From Phoronis australis (taxonomy: Eukaryota; Animalia; Phoronida), in contig NMRA01000695.1 in assembly GCA_002633005.1 (NCBI GenBank), positions 107,877-171,876 on the forward strand: DNA of 64,000 bases, read 5' to 3'. Position 1 is the stretch's first letter. Each line of letters begins with the position of its first letter. The position numbers and the translations under genes were made by a program. This document shows positions 53,701 to 64,000 of this stretch, in pieces. The notes beneath the pieces are model-generated. The model saw only the letters and a list, made by a program, of their open reading frames with translations. It made no database searches and was not told where the DNA came from.

Positions 53701-56700
53701 TTACTTTGGAGTCACCCTCATGGGTAAGATTCAGGCAGTTAAAGAACCAGTGGACGTGCTTGCAAGTATTTGGGTCACGTAAAATAGTTGGTATTGCGAA
53801 ATTGCTAATACTGTAACAATAGTTTTAGACAACCTGAGGAAACTATTTGATAGTGTTTAGTAAAATCAAAGTCTGCTGCCTGAATGCTTGGCTACAAATA
53901 CGTAAGTTTTAAATTAGTCCCTGCCAGAAGCAAGAGAATGCTTCCTCCTGTTTGTAATCTTGACAATAAAATGGGCTTGACAGTAGCGATTTTTGTCACT
54001 TACCATCAAAAGGTAGTTATGAAGGTTGCTTATCACAACAATAGTTGCTACATTATGCCTTTATTCTTGTGTAATGTTCCGACATTCAGTGACATTGCTC
54101 TTTCTTAATTCATTGAGATACTTAGGATATCATGAAGGTGACCAAGTGCAAATGTTGAAGGAAATTAGTGCCTCTTGTCTTCTCTTAAATCACAGCTTTG
54201 TTTCCTGTAGTTAGGTTGGTTGTTAACTTGAAGGCTTTATTTTTTATTTTTTTAATGAAACACGCAAGATTTTTCTTTCTTTAACTTCCTGGAAAGAAAA
54301 TTTAACCAAGACGTTAGTCTAACACCTTAGTGTTTCATTGTTGGGATTAGTCATATGCAAACACACACACAAAGCTTTCTATTTTTATTGCTTAGCTAGT
54401 CTTTTAACCAGCTTTTTACAAATCCTAAATTGTCATCAATTACAATGACAGATTTGTCTGGAGTGGGAACGTGTGTGTTCTTTCTTGAACATTCAAAGTC
54501 CAGACCAAAGTACTACCCTGGCAAACTGGAACTTAGGGGCCTGAGAAAATATCAAAGTGGAGCTGAGTCATATCTGCTTTACGTATTCCAATGGCTTTCC
54601 TGCTACATCCAATTTCGCCAAGTCAATCACAGAGCTAAGATAATAAGTCGAGATGACGCACAGAACAGCATAATACCTACCTAAGTTGACGGTATGACTT
54701 GTCCAAACTATTGCCACGATGAGAGCTCCTCGTAGAGTAAACCATTTAAATTCATTTTTGATCACAATGTTATTTTCAGGTCTCCTTGTACCGCAGAATG
54801 CCCTTGAAGTCTATGTCCAGGTTGTGGGGTAAAGTGAATGATCTCACTCTGCCGGTGTTCCTCCGCAGTCCTATGTACCGACTGTATATCTGGTGTTTTG
54901 ACTGCAACTTGAAGGAAGCTGCCATTCAGGATCTCACCCATTACAAGAACCTCGGCGAGTTCTTTAGACGACAACTGAAACCCAGCTGTAGACCAATTGA
55001 TGCTCAACACGCTCTAGTAAGTAATCGTAACTTGATGGGCAATTTCACTTTAAGTGCAGAACCTCAAACCTGCTACGTGAAAAATTAATGTCATTTTTTC
55101 CCTGTTTGGGAATTTTCTAGACAAGTACACTTTTTGTGCCAGTGCTCTTTCTTTTTCGATTGTCCTCCACATCCTGTCAGTGTGAAATGGGGACACATTA
55201 TTCACGACTGTCTGTTCATCCGTTTCTTGGTCACAATGGTCTTGGCACAATGTCTGAATCTGAGTGTCTTGATTCTGTTCATATTTTGTTTCGAAGTGTA
55301 TGTGAGACATCTCCAGATGCCATTCGATTTTGGTCACCTTGCTGTTATTTTGAATTTCTCAGCAAGAAAATCAAGTTTTTATTTGGGAAATCAATAATTT
55401 GTTGGCGTGATAGCTCAAGAAGAGAGCTTTAGGTTGTGTACATATTTGGCATTAAGTTTTATGTGGTTCAAATACAGACGGCAGTCGATTGGTGAGCTTG
55501 GCCTGTTTTTCATGGTCACAGCAAAACTTTTGGACTTAGGGAAAATGCTGGTGCAACGTTTCCAGAAATAAGTTTCAAGGTCACAGAGAGGAAATCAAGT
55601 ATTGACTTGTCAAAGTATTGTTGGTGCGATATCTTATGAAGGGTGTTTTAGATTTTGTTCATATTTTTTAGCCAGGTGTATTGGGTAGAACGACTCCAGG
55701 CATCAGTCAGTTTTGATGACCTATGATTTTTACAGTTAGAAATTCAAGTTTTGACTTGGGGAAATGTTGACATGATATTTCAAGAAGGGAGCTTCATATT
55801 TTGCTCTTTGTATCAGGTGTAGCTGGTAAGAAAATTAAGTTTTGACTCACGTCTTTAAATAATGTTTGCAATTTCGCCTTAGGAAGGAAGCATTGCATTT
55901 TATTCAAATTTTATACCGAGGTGGCTCGTAGCCAAATTGGGCTACATCAAGGTCATAGCATCCCTTTGTCAAGATATCCTTTTTGTCAATATTCTCGTAT
56001 GTGTCCCTGTTCCCATGACAACTTGGCTTCCCAATTACGTGATTTTTTGTAGGCCACTGGTTCTTATTCCAATTGCTTCCATCCCCTGCATGTCATTTCA
56101 TGTATCTTAAGTTTGTAGTATCTTGACTGTATCATTTATGTGTGCTCAGTTCCATGTGACTTCTCGAACCATAGACTCATGCACCTGATGTTCAGTTATA
56201 GGCATAGGGACAGTGCTCTCCACTACCTGTTTTTACTCATCACAGTAAATTTGAATTTTGTTGTGTCAAGTTTGACTTGCTATGCAAGGAGTTTGGGAGA
56301 TTCGTAATTTTTTAAGCCAATTAGGACATTTTGGATTTTTAGTACCAATTTGATGCATTTATTCCAAGACTTAACACACCAATGGTATGGACATGGACTT
56401 TCGAAAACATACATGAATTTTGTATTTCCAGTTGAATTTGAATTTGATCTTTATGTTATGGAGAACACTGAATTAATATCTAGTACACTAACTTGTGCGG
56501 GCCTTTTGTCTCTTATTTTTAGCAAGTTAACAAAAACAATAACAAGTATATTAAATGCGATCATTTGCAGGTTTCACCGTCTGATGGAAAAGTGCTTCAC
56601 TTTGGCACCGTCGATAGGGGTGTGTTAGAACAGGTTAAAGGTGTCAGTTACTCCCTTGAAGCATTCCTTGGCCCCAAAACTTGGGAAGACACGTCCAGTG

Positions 56701-59700
56701 ACACTCGTCTCAAAGAAAACATCAATTTCAATAACAACAACAACAACGCAGCGAAGAATTCTGTTGATGACGATCATGTCATGAAACCGGACTTTTTGCC
56801 ACTCAAAGAGGACTATCAAAAAGAAATTGTCACGAAACCAGACACTGAACTTTTTCACTGTATTATATATCTGGCACCGGGAGATTATCACCGTTTTCAC
56901 TCACCCGCTGACTGGACTATCCACTATCGACGTCATTTCCCAGGTAGGTAGATCTAATCCTTCTTTCCGCAATTGCGATAAAAATTTTTCAATTTGGGAC
57001 AAAAATATGTGCTTAAATTGCCATGTCTCCAATTTTTATAGGCTTACTGTTTTGTCACAAATGCTCAAAATTTTCCAGATGTTTGTTTATAGCTTACCCA
57101 TGCAAACCATGCCAGAACAGAAAATTTAACTGAATAGGCTTACCACATTTTTGCACATGCTCAAAATCTTCCAAATGTTTGGTGATAGCTTATCCATGCA
57201 AGCTATGCTAAAATAATAGAAAATTTTTACTGAAAAATTACTTTTATTGAGAAATTTAATTTCGCCTATCCACCATATTGTGTCTGAAGCACATCCATGC
57301 TACGTTATGTTTTTTAAGCTGCGTTATGTCACACTTGGCAAATTAGAACTATGGTAAGTTTGCTTGTTGATTTTCATGTTGAAAATAGTGAAATGTGTCA
57401 ACTGTTGGTTTAACCTTGGCATCGGTGTACAACATTTTGTAACCATAGCTCATCTGACAAATAAATAGAGGAAAATTCTATTTTAAAAGAGGAAAATTCT
57501 ATTTTAAAATTTTCCATTCAGTTGACACTGACAGTCGAATTGTTTTCAATGAATATGTTAAACTGCCTCAACTCACTGCTAAAAACATTTAAAGTAGACT
57601 GGAAATTCACACTAGCACCAGAGATTTCCGATAGAGACCCAGAATTCTATGTCCAAAATGTCCACAGGGGGCGCACTTTCAGAAAATGTGATGGGGCTCT
57701 CGGAAACTTTTATTGCCATGAACTTGAATTTACTTCATGCCTTGGTCAGTTTCGTGATGAATAGAGAAGTATAACGACCCTTTCATTAACAAGTGGTCAG
57801 ATACAAGTATTTTGACATCCTTTTAAAGTGAATGGTATGCAACGTGATCCTGATAGTCGCCATGAGGGCTTTTCTATGGTATGTGGCATCTTACTGACAC
57901 GTCTGCATATTTAGCCAAATACCGGGTATCTACAAAACTAGATTTTAACTCGGTAAAAGTATTAATATTTCTGGGGGGATTTTTTGAAAGTAGAAAGCAT
58001 GTAGAATTTGATTTTTAAAAACATTTTATTCACAATGCTTCTCCTTTGCAAGATTTGATTGAACAAACTCAGTAGTTGTCAAAATTCAGCAAGGAATCTT
58101 ATCTGAAAAATTGTCTGGCAAACCGACTTAAATTACTCATCATTAAGATAACAGTCAGGCTCCTAAAAATTTCCATCACTGGTCGGTTTCCTCTGGGCCT
58201 GAGTGGAAATTTACTTCACTGTTTGTGTTTGCTATACTCTGTTGTGAGGTGATAAAAGACAGTGATGTTTGTTTGCAATAAAACAGAATTTGATAATGTC
58301 CTAGATTTGAACACTTAAGGCTTTTAGCAGTTAAACACAGAACCAATAGGGAATGTTAAACCAGGTTTTTAGTTTTTATTCCAGCAATTCTGATATGTCA
58401 GTAAAAATTATATTTTACTTCAACCTGGAGAATCTCCAGGTTTGATAAACTTTTTAAGTCCTTTTTGCTATTCCCTGGTACACTGTATAACTGAGAATGT
58501 TGGGAAGTGAATTAATTTAACAATTTTGCTTGTGCATTTGATTTTTTCATTGTCATTAACATTGATTATGTTAACAAGTTTGTCCCATGGCTGCTTGTAC
58601 AGAGATAAGACTACAAATGAATTCTATTCTGAAGCTGAATGACCATCTGTTATCTCCTGCACTCTCAGTCAGTGTCTTAAGGGATTATTCGGCTGTGGGG
58701 AATTTCCATGGCTTCACCTCAGGAGGTAACATATTATTCAACCCCATTTTGAATTGTAGGGATCCCAATTAGACAAACATCACCCATTCTGCCTTTTGAC
58801 TTTTTACAGGGCTTGGAATTTTTATTTTTTACGGCGATTTCCTCTTATTTGATTTCCAGTTTTCTCTTTTTCCGTCTCTTTTTTATCATTATTTTGAAAT
58901 TATTCATACAAAAATGTACTTTCTTGCAGTTAAAAAATTTACAACACAAAAAATAATTCTATCACATAAACCCATTTATTGGTAGAATGATACATCACCT
59001 GGAAAATGCTCCTCTTTTTTGTCCTGGGTCATTCCAAGCCCTGTTTTTACTTACAAGACAGTGTAAATTACCTTCAGTAAATTTTTAAGGATTATTTGTT
59101 TTTGATTTTCTATAAAGTTATGCTTTAGGCCAAAGTTGAACAATTGGTATTTTGAAAATTGTTGTATGTTGATATGGTATTTTTGCTTGTTCATATTTTC
59201 AATGAGAGACACCTGATGTCATCTGAAATGGCTTGGAATCCTGCGTAGTTCTTCGCAGCGAAACGTAGGCTTAAAAATCATTAAGATGCAAGATGATGCA
59301 GATCTTTGCTAGACATCGCCATGCAATAAAGCGAAACTGGGAGTGATGACATTCTTGCAAGTGCCTCACATCTACATAACGTAGCCCTTATGCTACATGT
59401 ACGTAGCTAAATTGGCTCAGCGCTAACTGATGTTAGCTTTGAGAAGCTGGTTTAAAATAAGGTGGACGCTCTCTAGAGCCAATTTTGTTTTATTGGCTTT
59501 GCAAATTATGAAAAGCTGCAGTTTGGCTTCTTTTCCTGGTTATCAAATAAAATTTAAATTAGCTTTTTACTCGTACAAAATTGTCTCAAATTTTCCTTAC
59601 CATGATAGGACTTCTTTTCTGTAACCATTAATATGAAAACCCGAAACACGTCACAACACATTGGAAAGTCATTTATTTTATTGCAGTTGGCCAGATCTGA

Positions 59701-62131
59701 AATTCGACAATGACACAGGGAATACCATTAGAGATAGGTCCGTCATGCGGCACAACTATGACCATTTCTGACAGCTCCAGTTGACTTTTTTACTTACGTT
59801 TTGTTCACACGACAAGATTAAGTGTGTATTTTAGGAAAATAGTGTGGAGATGAATAGCTAGAAGTCCCTTGACTGGTGTGCAACGCTTACAATTTATCTG
59901 ACCATTGTTTTGATACCAATTCATGGTTGCTTGGACAAATTAATGTTTTAAATATTTTGAACCTGTTTAAAAACTTTGGTTAAGAACTCAAGTCTTAAAG
60001 TGACAGGTAAAGAAGGTAAAATGCAAGTTTAACATTCTCCCTGAATCCGTTTAACCTTGGTGGGTGAAATTTGAAGTGAACTCGATTGTAATGCATGATA
60101 CCTTGGACAATTCTTGGTCAGCGTGAAGTCCACTTTCCCCTGGTTAAAGTGTTAACATTTTATTTGTAATTTGTCTAGGTGAGCTATTCAGTGTCAACCC
60201 TGGCATCGCTCGATGGATTAGAGGCCTGTTCAACTTGAATGAGCGAGCAGTCTACTATGGACAGTGGAAACATGGCTTCATGAGTATGGCCGCTGTGGGT
60301 GCAACAAACGTGGGCTCTATCAAAGTCTACTGTGATCAGGTATGGAAATGTGAAAAAAACGTTGCGCTGTTTTTTTACACTTTTGGTATGGTCCTGTTTG
60401 TTTTTCAATTGACTTTCAGGTATCAAAATCTCTCCTCTCAAATGTGTCCCGAAACTGCTGCATGCTTTTGATACTTTTTAACCTTTCCTTTTTGGTAAGC
60501 AAGTCATTCACATTGATTATCTTTCTGTTTAATGCATTCCATTTGTAGACCTACCTATCCTATATTCCCAATGTGTATAATCACTACCAATAATTTGTAC
60601 AGTTTGGGGTCTAATGAGTAGAACCACTTGACCTTATGTCATAGGATAAGAATATAAAGAAGCACAACTTTATTATAACCCTAAACTTATGTCAAAAAGA
60701 ACATACTACATGGAGGTCAACATTTCTCCAAATACGCTAATGAAGTATTACTAATGTATGTCTTGAGAGGCTGAGTTTGTCTTTCTTACCAAAAGTGTCA
60801 TATATTTTTTGTCAAACTAAGGCTGGCAACCATGTTCCTAATAATTCAGACTCTAACTTTGGTTACTTTAATGACTTCTTTCTAATATTAACCATGATGA
60901 TTACAATTTCCTACATTAAGATTTATTCCTTCAGAAATGTTAATTTCCTCACCGCGACTCAGTACTCTCTTCTCGCAATGGTAGTATGATGTGCTGTAGA
61001 TTTGATCTAGTTTTCTAAAAGTAGGACATCTTACGCACAGTGAGTGGTGTCAGACAAGTGAACAGTGAGTGATTGTGCCTCACTCAACTTTTTGCACGCA
61101 GTTAAATAAAAAGAAAATGCCAAAAATAAAGAAACTAATTAGACTAGATTACCACAGCGCTCTGAATTACTAAGCACTTCGAAAAACATTACCTTGCTAT
61201 GGACCTGGTCAATCTTAATCCTTCTTAACTTCCTGGGAGCATACATACAATTGGTGCAACGCAACTGTTGTTGGAGCACATCGATAAGATAAATCTGTAG
61301 AAATTTCTAGTGCTAACCTAAGTGGATACCTCAATAAGAAAAATCCAAATCCTGCAAACTTTTTGAAAATGTGATGTGACTGTGCGTTTTTATTCCTGTT
61401 TGTGGTTTAAAATCGTGTCATAATCGTGGTAGCTATGTCATCACTAAACATCCGACCTGAAATCAGAATCATGAATACAAAGTAATGTAAAATATTGTAA
61501 GCAACACTGCATCAATGTTCCACTGTTGGGCAAACACTCTATCGCTAAATAAGAGAGGACAAACACTCTATCGCTAAATAAGAGTGGGCACTGTGGTATC
61601 AACTCAAGAAGTTGCTACTGACAAAATAAATACCTTTTCATACGTTGTGGGCCAGTGTAAATAGATGAAGACTATACTTTCTAATAATTTTTTGGTGAAG
61701 GGACATTTCGGGGATTGTCTCATCAACACTCTTGAGCAGATTGCTAAGCGTGTGGTTTTCTTTTTTTTATAGCAGTAGAGATTGAACATTGCAATCCTGC
61801 TGCGGTCAAATTGCTTCTCTGGTCAGATTTAACTCGTAGAAAGTCACGTGATTTCATAACTTCTGTTTTCAATTGTTTTCAGGATCTCGTTACTAACTGT
61901 GGTCAAAAGTGGGCCAGTGGAACATTCTTTGACCACTCACTGACTCAATCTTCAGCCAGCGGTATTATGTTCAAGAGAGGAGAGAACTTTGGTGAATTCA
62001 ACCTGGGCTCCACGCTTGTCATGATCTTCGAAGCACCCAAATCTTTCAAGTTCCACATTCAGTCTGGTCAGAAAGTGAAGTTTGGTCAGGCTCTGGGATC
62101 GACTAGTGATGAAACGACCATGAAGAAATAG
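41726..62131 (+). CDS. PISD: Phosphatidylserine decarboxylase proenzyme, mitochondrial type, 433 aa
   Basis: Exons 41726-41766, 43128-43189, 44125-44303, 54780-55016, 56571-56943, 60179-60339 and 61883-62131 (1302 nt, in frame). Motifs [39 protein letters not shown] and the self-cleavage site FNLGST; presequence-like [14 protein letters not shown]. Exons 1-2 are inferred from phase fit and are less certain. Confidence 0.93.
42460..42960 (-). mobile_element. Penelope-like retroelement relic (GIY-YIG endonuclease C-terminus)
   Basis: Minus strand about 42904-42770 reads [44 protein letters not shown], matching the R-I-(K/R)-E-(A/S)-I-x-I...N-x-(D/E)-x-G pattern of Penelope-like elements. Outer boundaries are approximate. 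Confidence 0.65.
43748..44000. mobile_element. MITE with CATGCG termini (related to 446-835)
   Basis: CATGCGCGCAC ... GTGCACGCATG; flanks TTATG/GCATG. Confidence 0.7.
44297..44425 (+). repeat. About 32-bp tandem repeat containing the PISD exon-3 splice donor
   Basis: Four units TTGGCAG(G/T)TAA...TGTTG(C/T)(C/T)AAA. Confidence 0.8.
55127..55985 (+). mobile_element. Probable non-autonomous element with degenerate internal repeats (HINE/Helentron-associated-like)
   Basis: GTCTGTTCATCCGT microsatellite-like start, repeated GATT(C/T)TGTTCATATTTT, TCAAGTTTT and GGTCA units. Family assignment is by resemblance only. Confidence 0.3.
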
Positions 62132-63478
62132 ACTCCTCTTTAATTCTTTCTAACTCTCCTGGTGTGGTATCTTCTCAGTCACTTTGATCTGCTTTGTTTT
62201 GTGCTTTCATGAAATACATTGCTTAAATGAAAACGTTGTAGTTGTCATTTTTGGTCAATTTGAGAGTTTGCAAATACTCTGGAAGGCACTTTAAGCCGGG
62301 CTTCTTATTTCCCCACAAAAAATCTATGGTCACATATGGTCACCATTCTGTCTGCTGGCATACATGATTAACTTTCATTGCTTGCTGTGAATTTACCAAA
62401 AAAAATGTCTTATGTGATAGAATTTGGCCCAGTGTGGGGGGTTATAATTTATGTAAATCAGAGGTGGTTTGTACAAAAGCTGCATGATGTTAATATTTTG
62501 ATATATTGAAAGCTTTTGACTTTGCTAGTATAAAGTGGTCACCATAACCAACAAGTGAACCTACACTGGATCAATCAGAATATCTATAAAGTTAAGAACC
62601 GACCAATCAAGAAGCAGCCTGGTCATTGGTGTTTACAAACATTATATCAACACCTACTTATGGGACAGGTGATTTGGATTAAGATATTAAGTTGTAGTGA
62701 ATATAAAGCCTACTCAAAATCATCAACTCCACTGAATATTTAGCATACAAGTACACTAACATCAAACATACATGTACATGAATGTAATGAAGGATGATAC
62801 AAACTAGCAACACCAACTCTATGTCTTGGTATTAATGGACAAACTTCGATGACAATAAGAAAAAAATTGCTCTGGCCAAACTCTGGACACTGCAATGTCC
62901 TGAGTGTGTAAAATACATATAAGGAAAGCCTTGACAATATTGACCTTGTATGGATGACAAACCAGTTGTTTGATGTAAACTGACACTGGAGACTCAATTT
63001 TGACTAATTTGTTGTGAATGATGTGTTGATTAAATTTACTCCTTTTTTGTGGTTACATTTCACCAGGATTGATTACTTAGTATTTTCGAACCTTCTGGCT
63101 TCAAAACGCTCCACTGCCACTGTTAAAATATTTCGGCTATTATTGGTTCTACTCCTAGTTGCATGATTTCGGTGTCGCTTAAGGGTTCGGGTGATGCTTA
63201 ATCATGCGGATATATGTTAAGGAAATCGTAAGGTTTCGAAATTATACTAAATTGATACGTCTATCAGTAAGGCGGCAGCGGTAGTACCACGACTCGCCAA
63301 CAGATTGTCCTCCATTTGATAACAGACTATTTCAAAAATAAAAGTGAAATTTGTTTGGAATAAGTTTTCGGTGATAACGGCTCCAAACGCACTTGGTTTG
63401 TGCTAGTCAAGTGCTCCCCCAAGGCCCTATATTCCATTTAAACTAATTGCAGGAAACAACGCCTGAACAAACCGTAGA

Positions 63479-63860
63479 CTAACGAGTATCTTCGTACAAA
63501 CGAATCCAAGCAACTACACGCTTGCACGGCGCAATCTCAGCCGCGCGAGATCGAAGTTGGCATTCTAATCCTACAATTATGTTAAGGTATTCTGGGTAAT
63601 TGTTTCTTTCAAATAGGCAAGGAAATTTTCCACTGCAAGGCGATGTCACGTGGCATGAACATATACAAACGGAAATTATTAAAATGCGGAAGCTTTTCTC
63701 AAAGACGCTAACAAGACTATTCACCAAGGCCGCCGCCATTATTGTGTCATGGACCGTGGTGACACCTAGCGAGTGTGTGTGGGCCGACGAAGTACGCAAG
63801 GCATTCACTATGGCCGATCTTAGTTTGTCAAATTCAAAATTGTCAGTGAAGTGTCTTTGT
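63479..63860 (-). CDS. Possible exon of an unidentified gene
   Basis: Open frame containing ATGGCGGCG (63739) and a hydrophobic, Cys-containing stretch; no family recognised. Confidence 0.2.
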
Positions 63861-64000
63861 TTAAAATATTGAAAACAAAAAACACGAGCATTGTAATGGA
63901 AAAATACACATAGGCAAAATATAGAGTAAACCAAGAAAAAATTTGGGCAGCAAAGGTAATATAAATTACGAGAAATACATCATAAGCAAGAGGGAGACTC

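Noticed and set aside
59205-59345. CTGATG...CGAAAC pattern suggesting a hammerhead ribozyme
   Set aside because: There is no intact CTGANGA core and the three stems could not be closed.
61531-61585. Small tandem duplications (also 57467-57509 and 32947-32977)
   Set aside because: Ordinary slippage duplications in introns.

Overview
Intron-rich animal DNA, most likely an invertebrate; it is not prokaryotic, and there is no CRISPR array or rRNA. Four spliced genes were reconstructed by hand with GT-AG boundaries and consistent phases. (1) SLC10-family Na+/bile-acid cotransporter (+, 3 exons, 4011-10501). (2) LDLa-repeat single-pass membrane protein with cytoplasmic PY motifs (-, 4 exons found, 5' exon not found, 16377-21392). 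(3) Intact CYP2-clan cytochrome P450 (-, 6 exons, 29194-37702). (4) Mitochondrial-type phosphatidylserine decarboxylase PISD (+, 7 exons, 41726-62131). The most unusual structure is a 2.4-kb TIR element with a 5-bp target-site duplication (894-3329) that carries an intron-containing, truncated RecQ-type helicase with promoter-like motifs; it belongs to a family of 5-bp-TSD MITEs seen five times here. Other observations: a higher-order satellite rich in CTCF-like motifs in SLC10 intron 2; a TAG exactly where a third PY-motif tyrosine would be; a scrambled inverted duplication bracketing the CYP gene and straddling PISD exon 1; tandemly amplified splice donors; clustered perfect palindromes; and LINE, SINE and Penelope relics. 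All calls are from reading the sequence; no searches were run.
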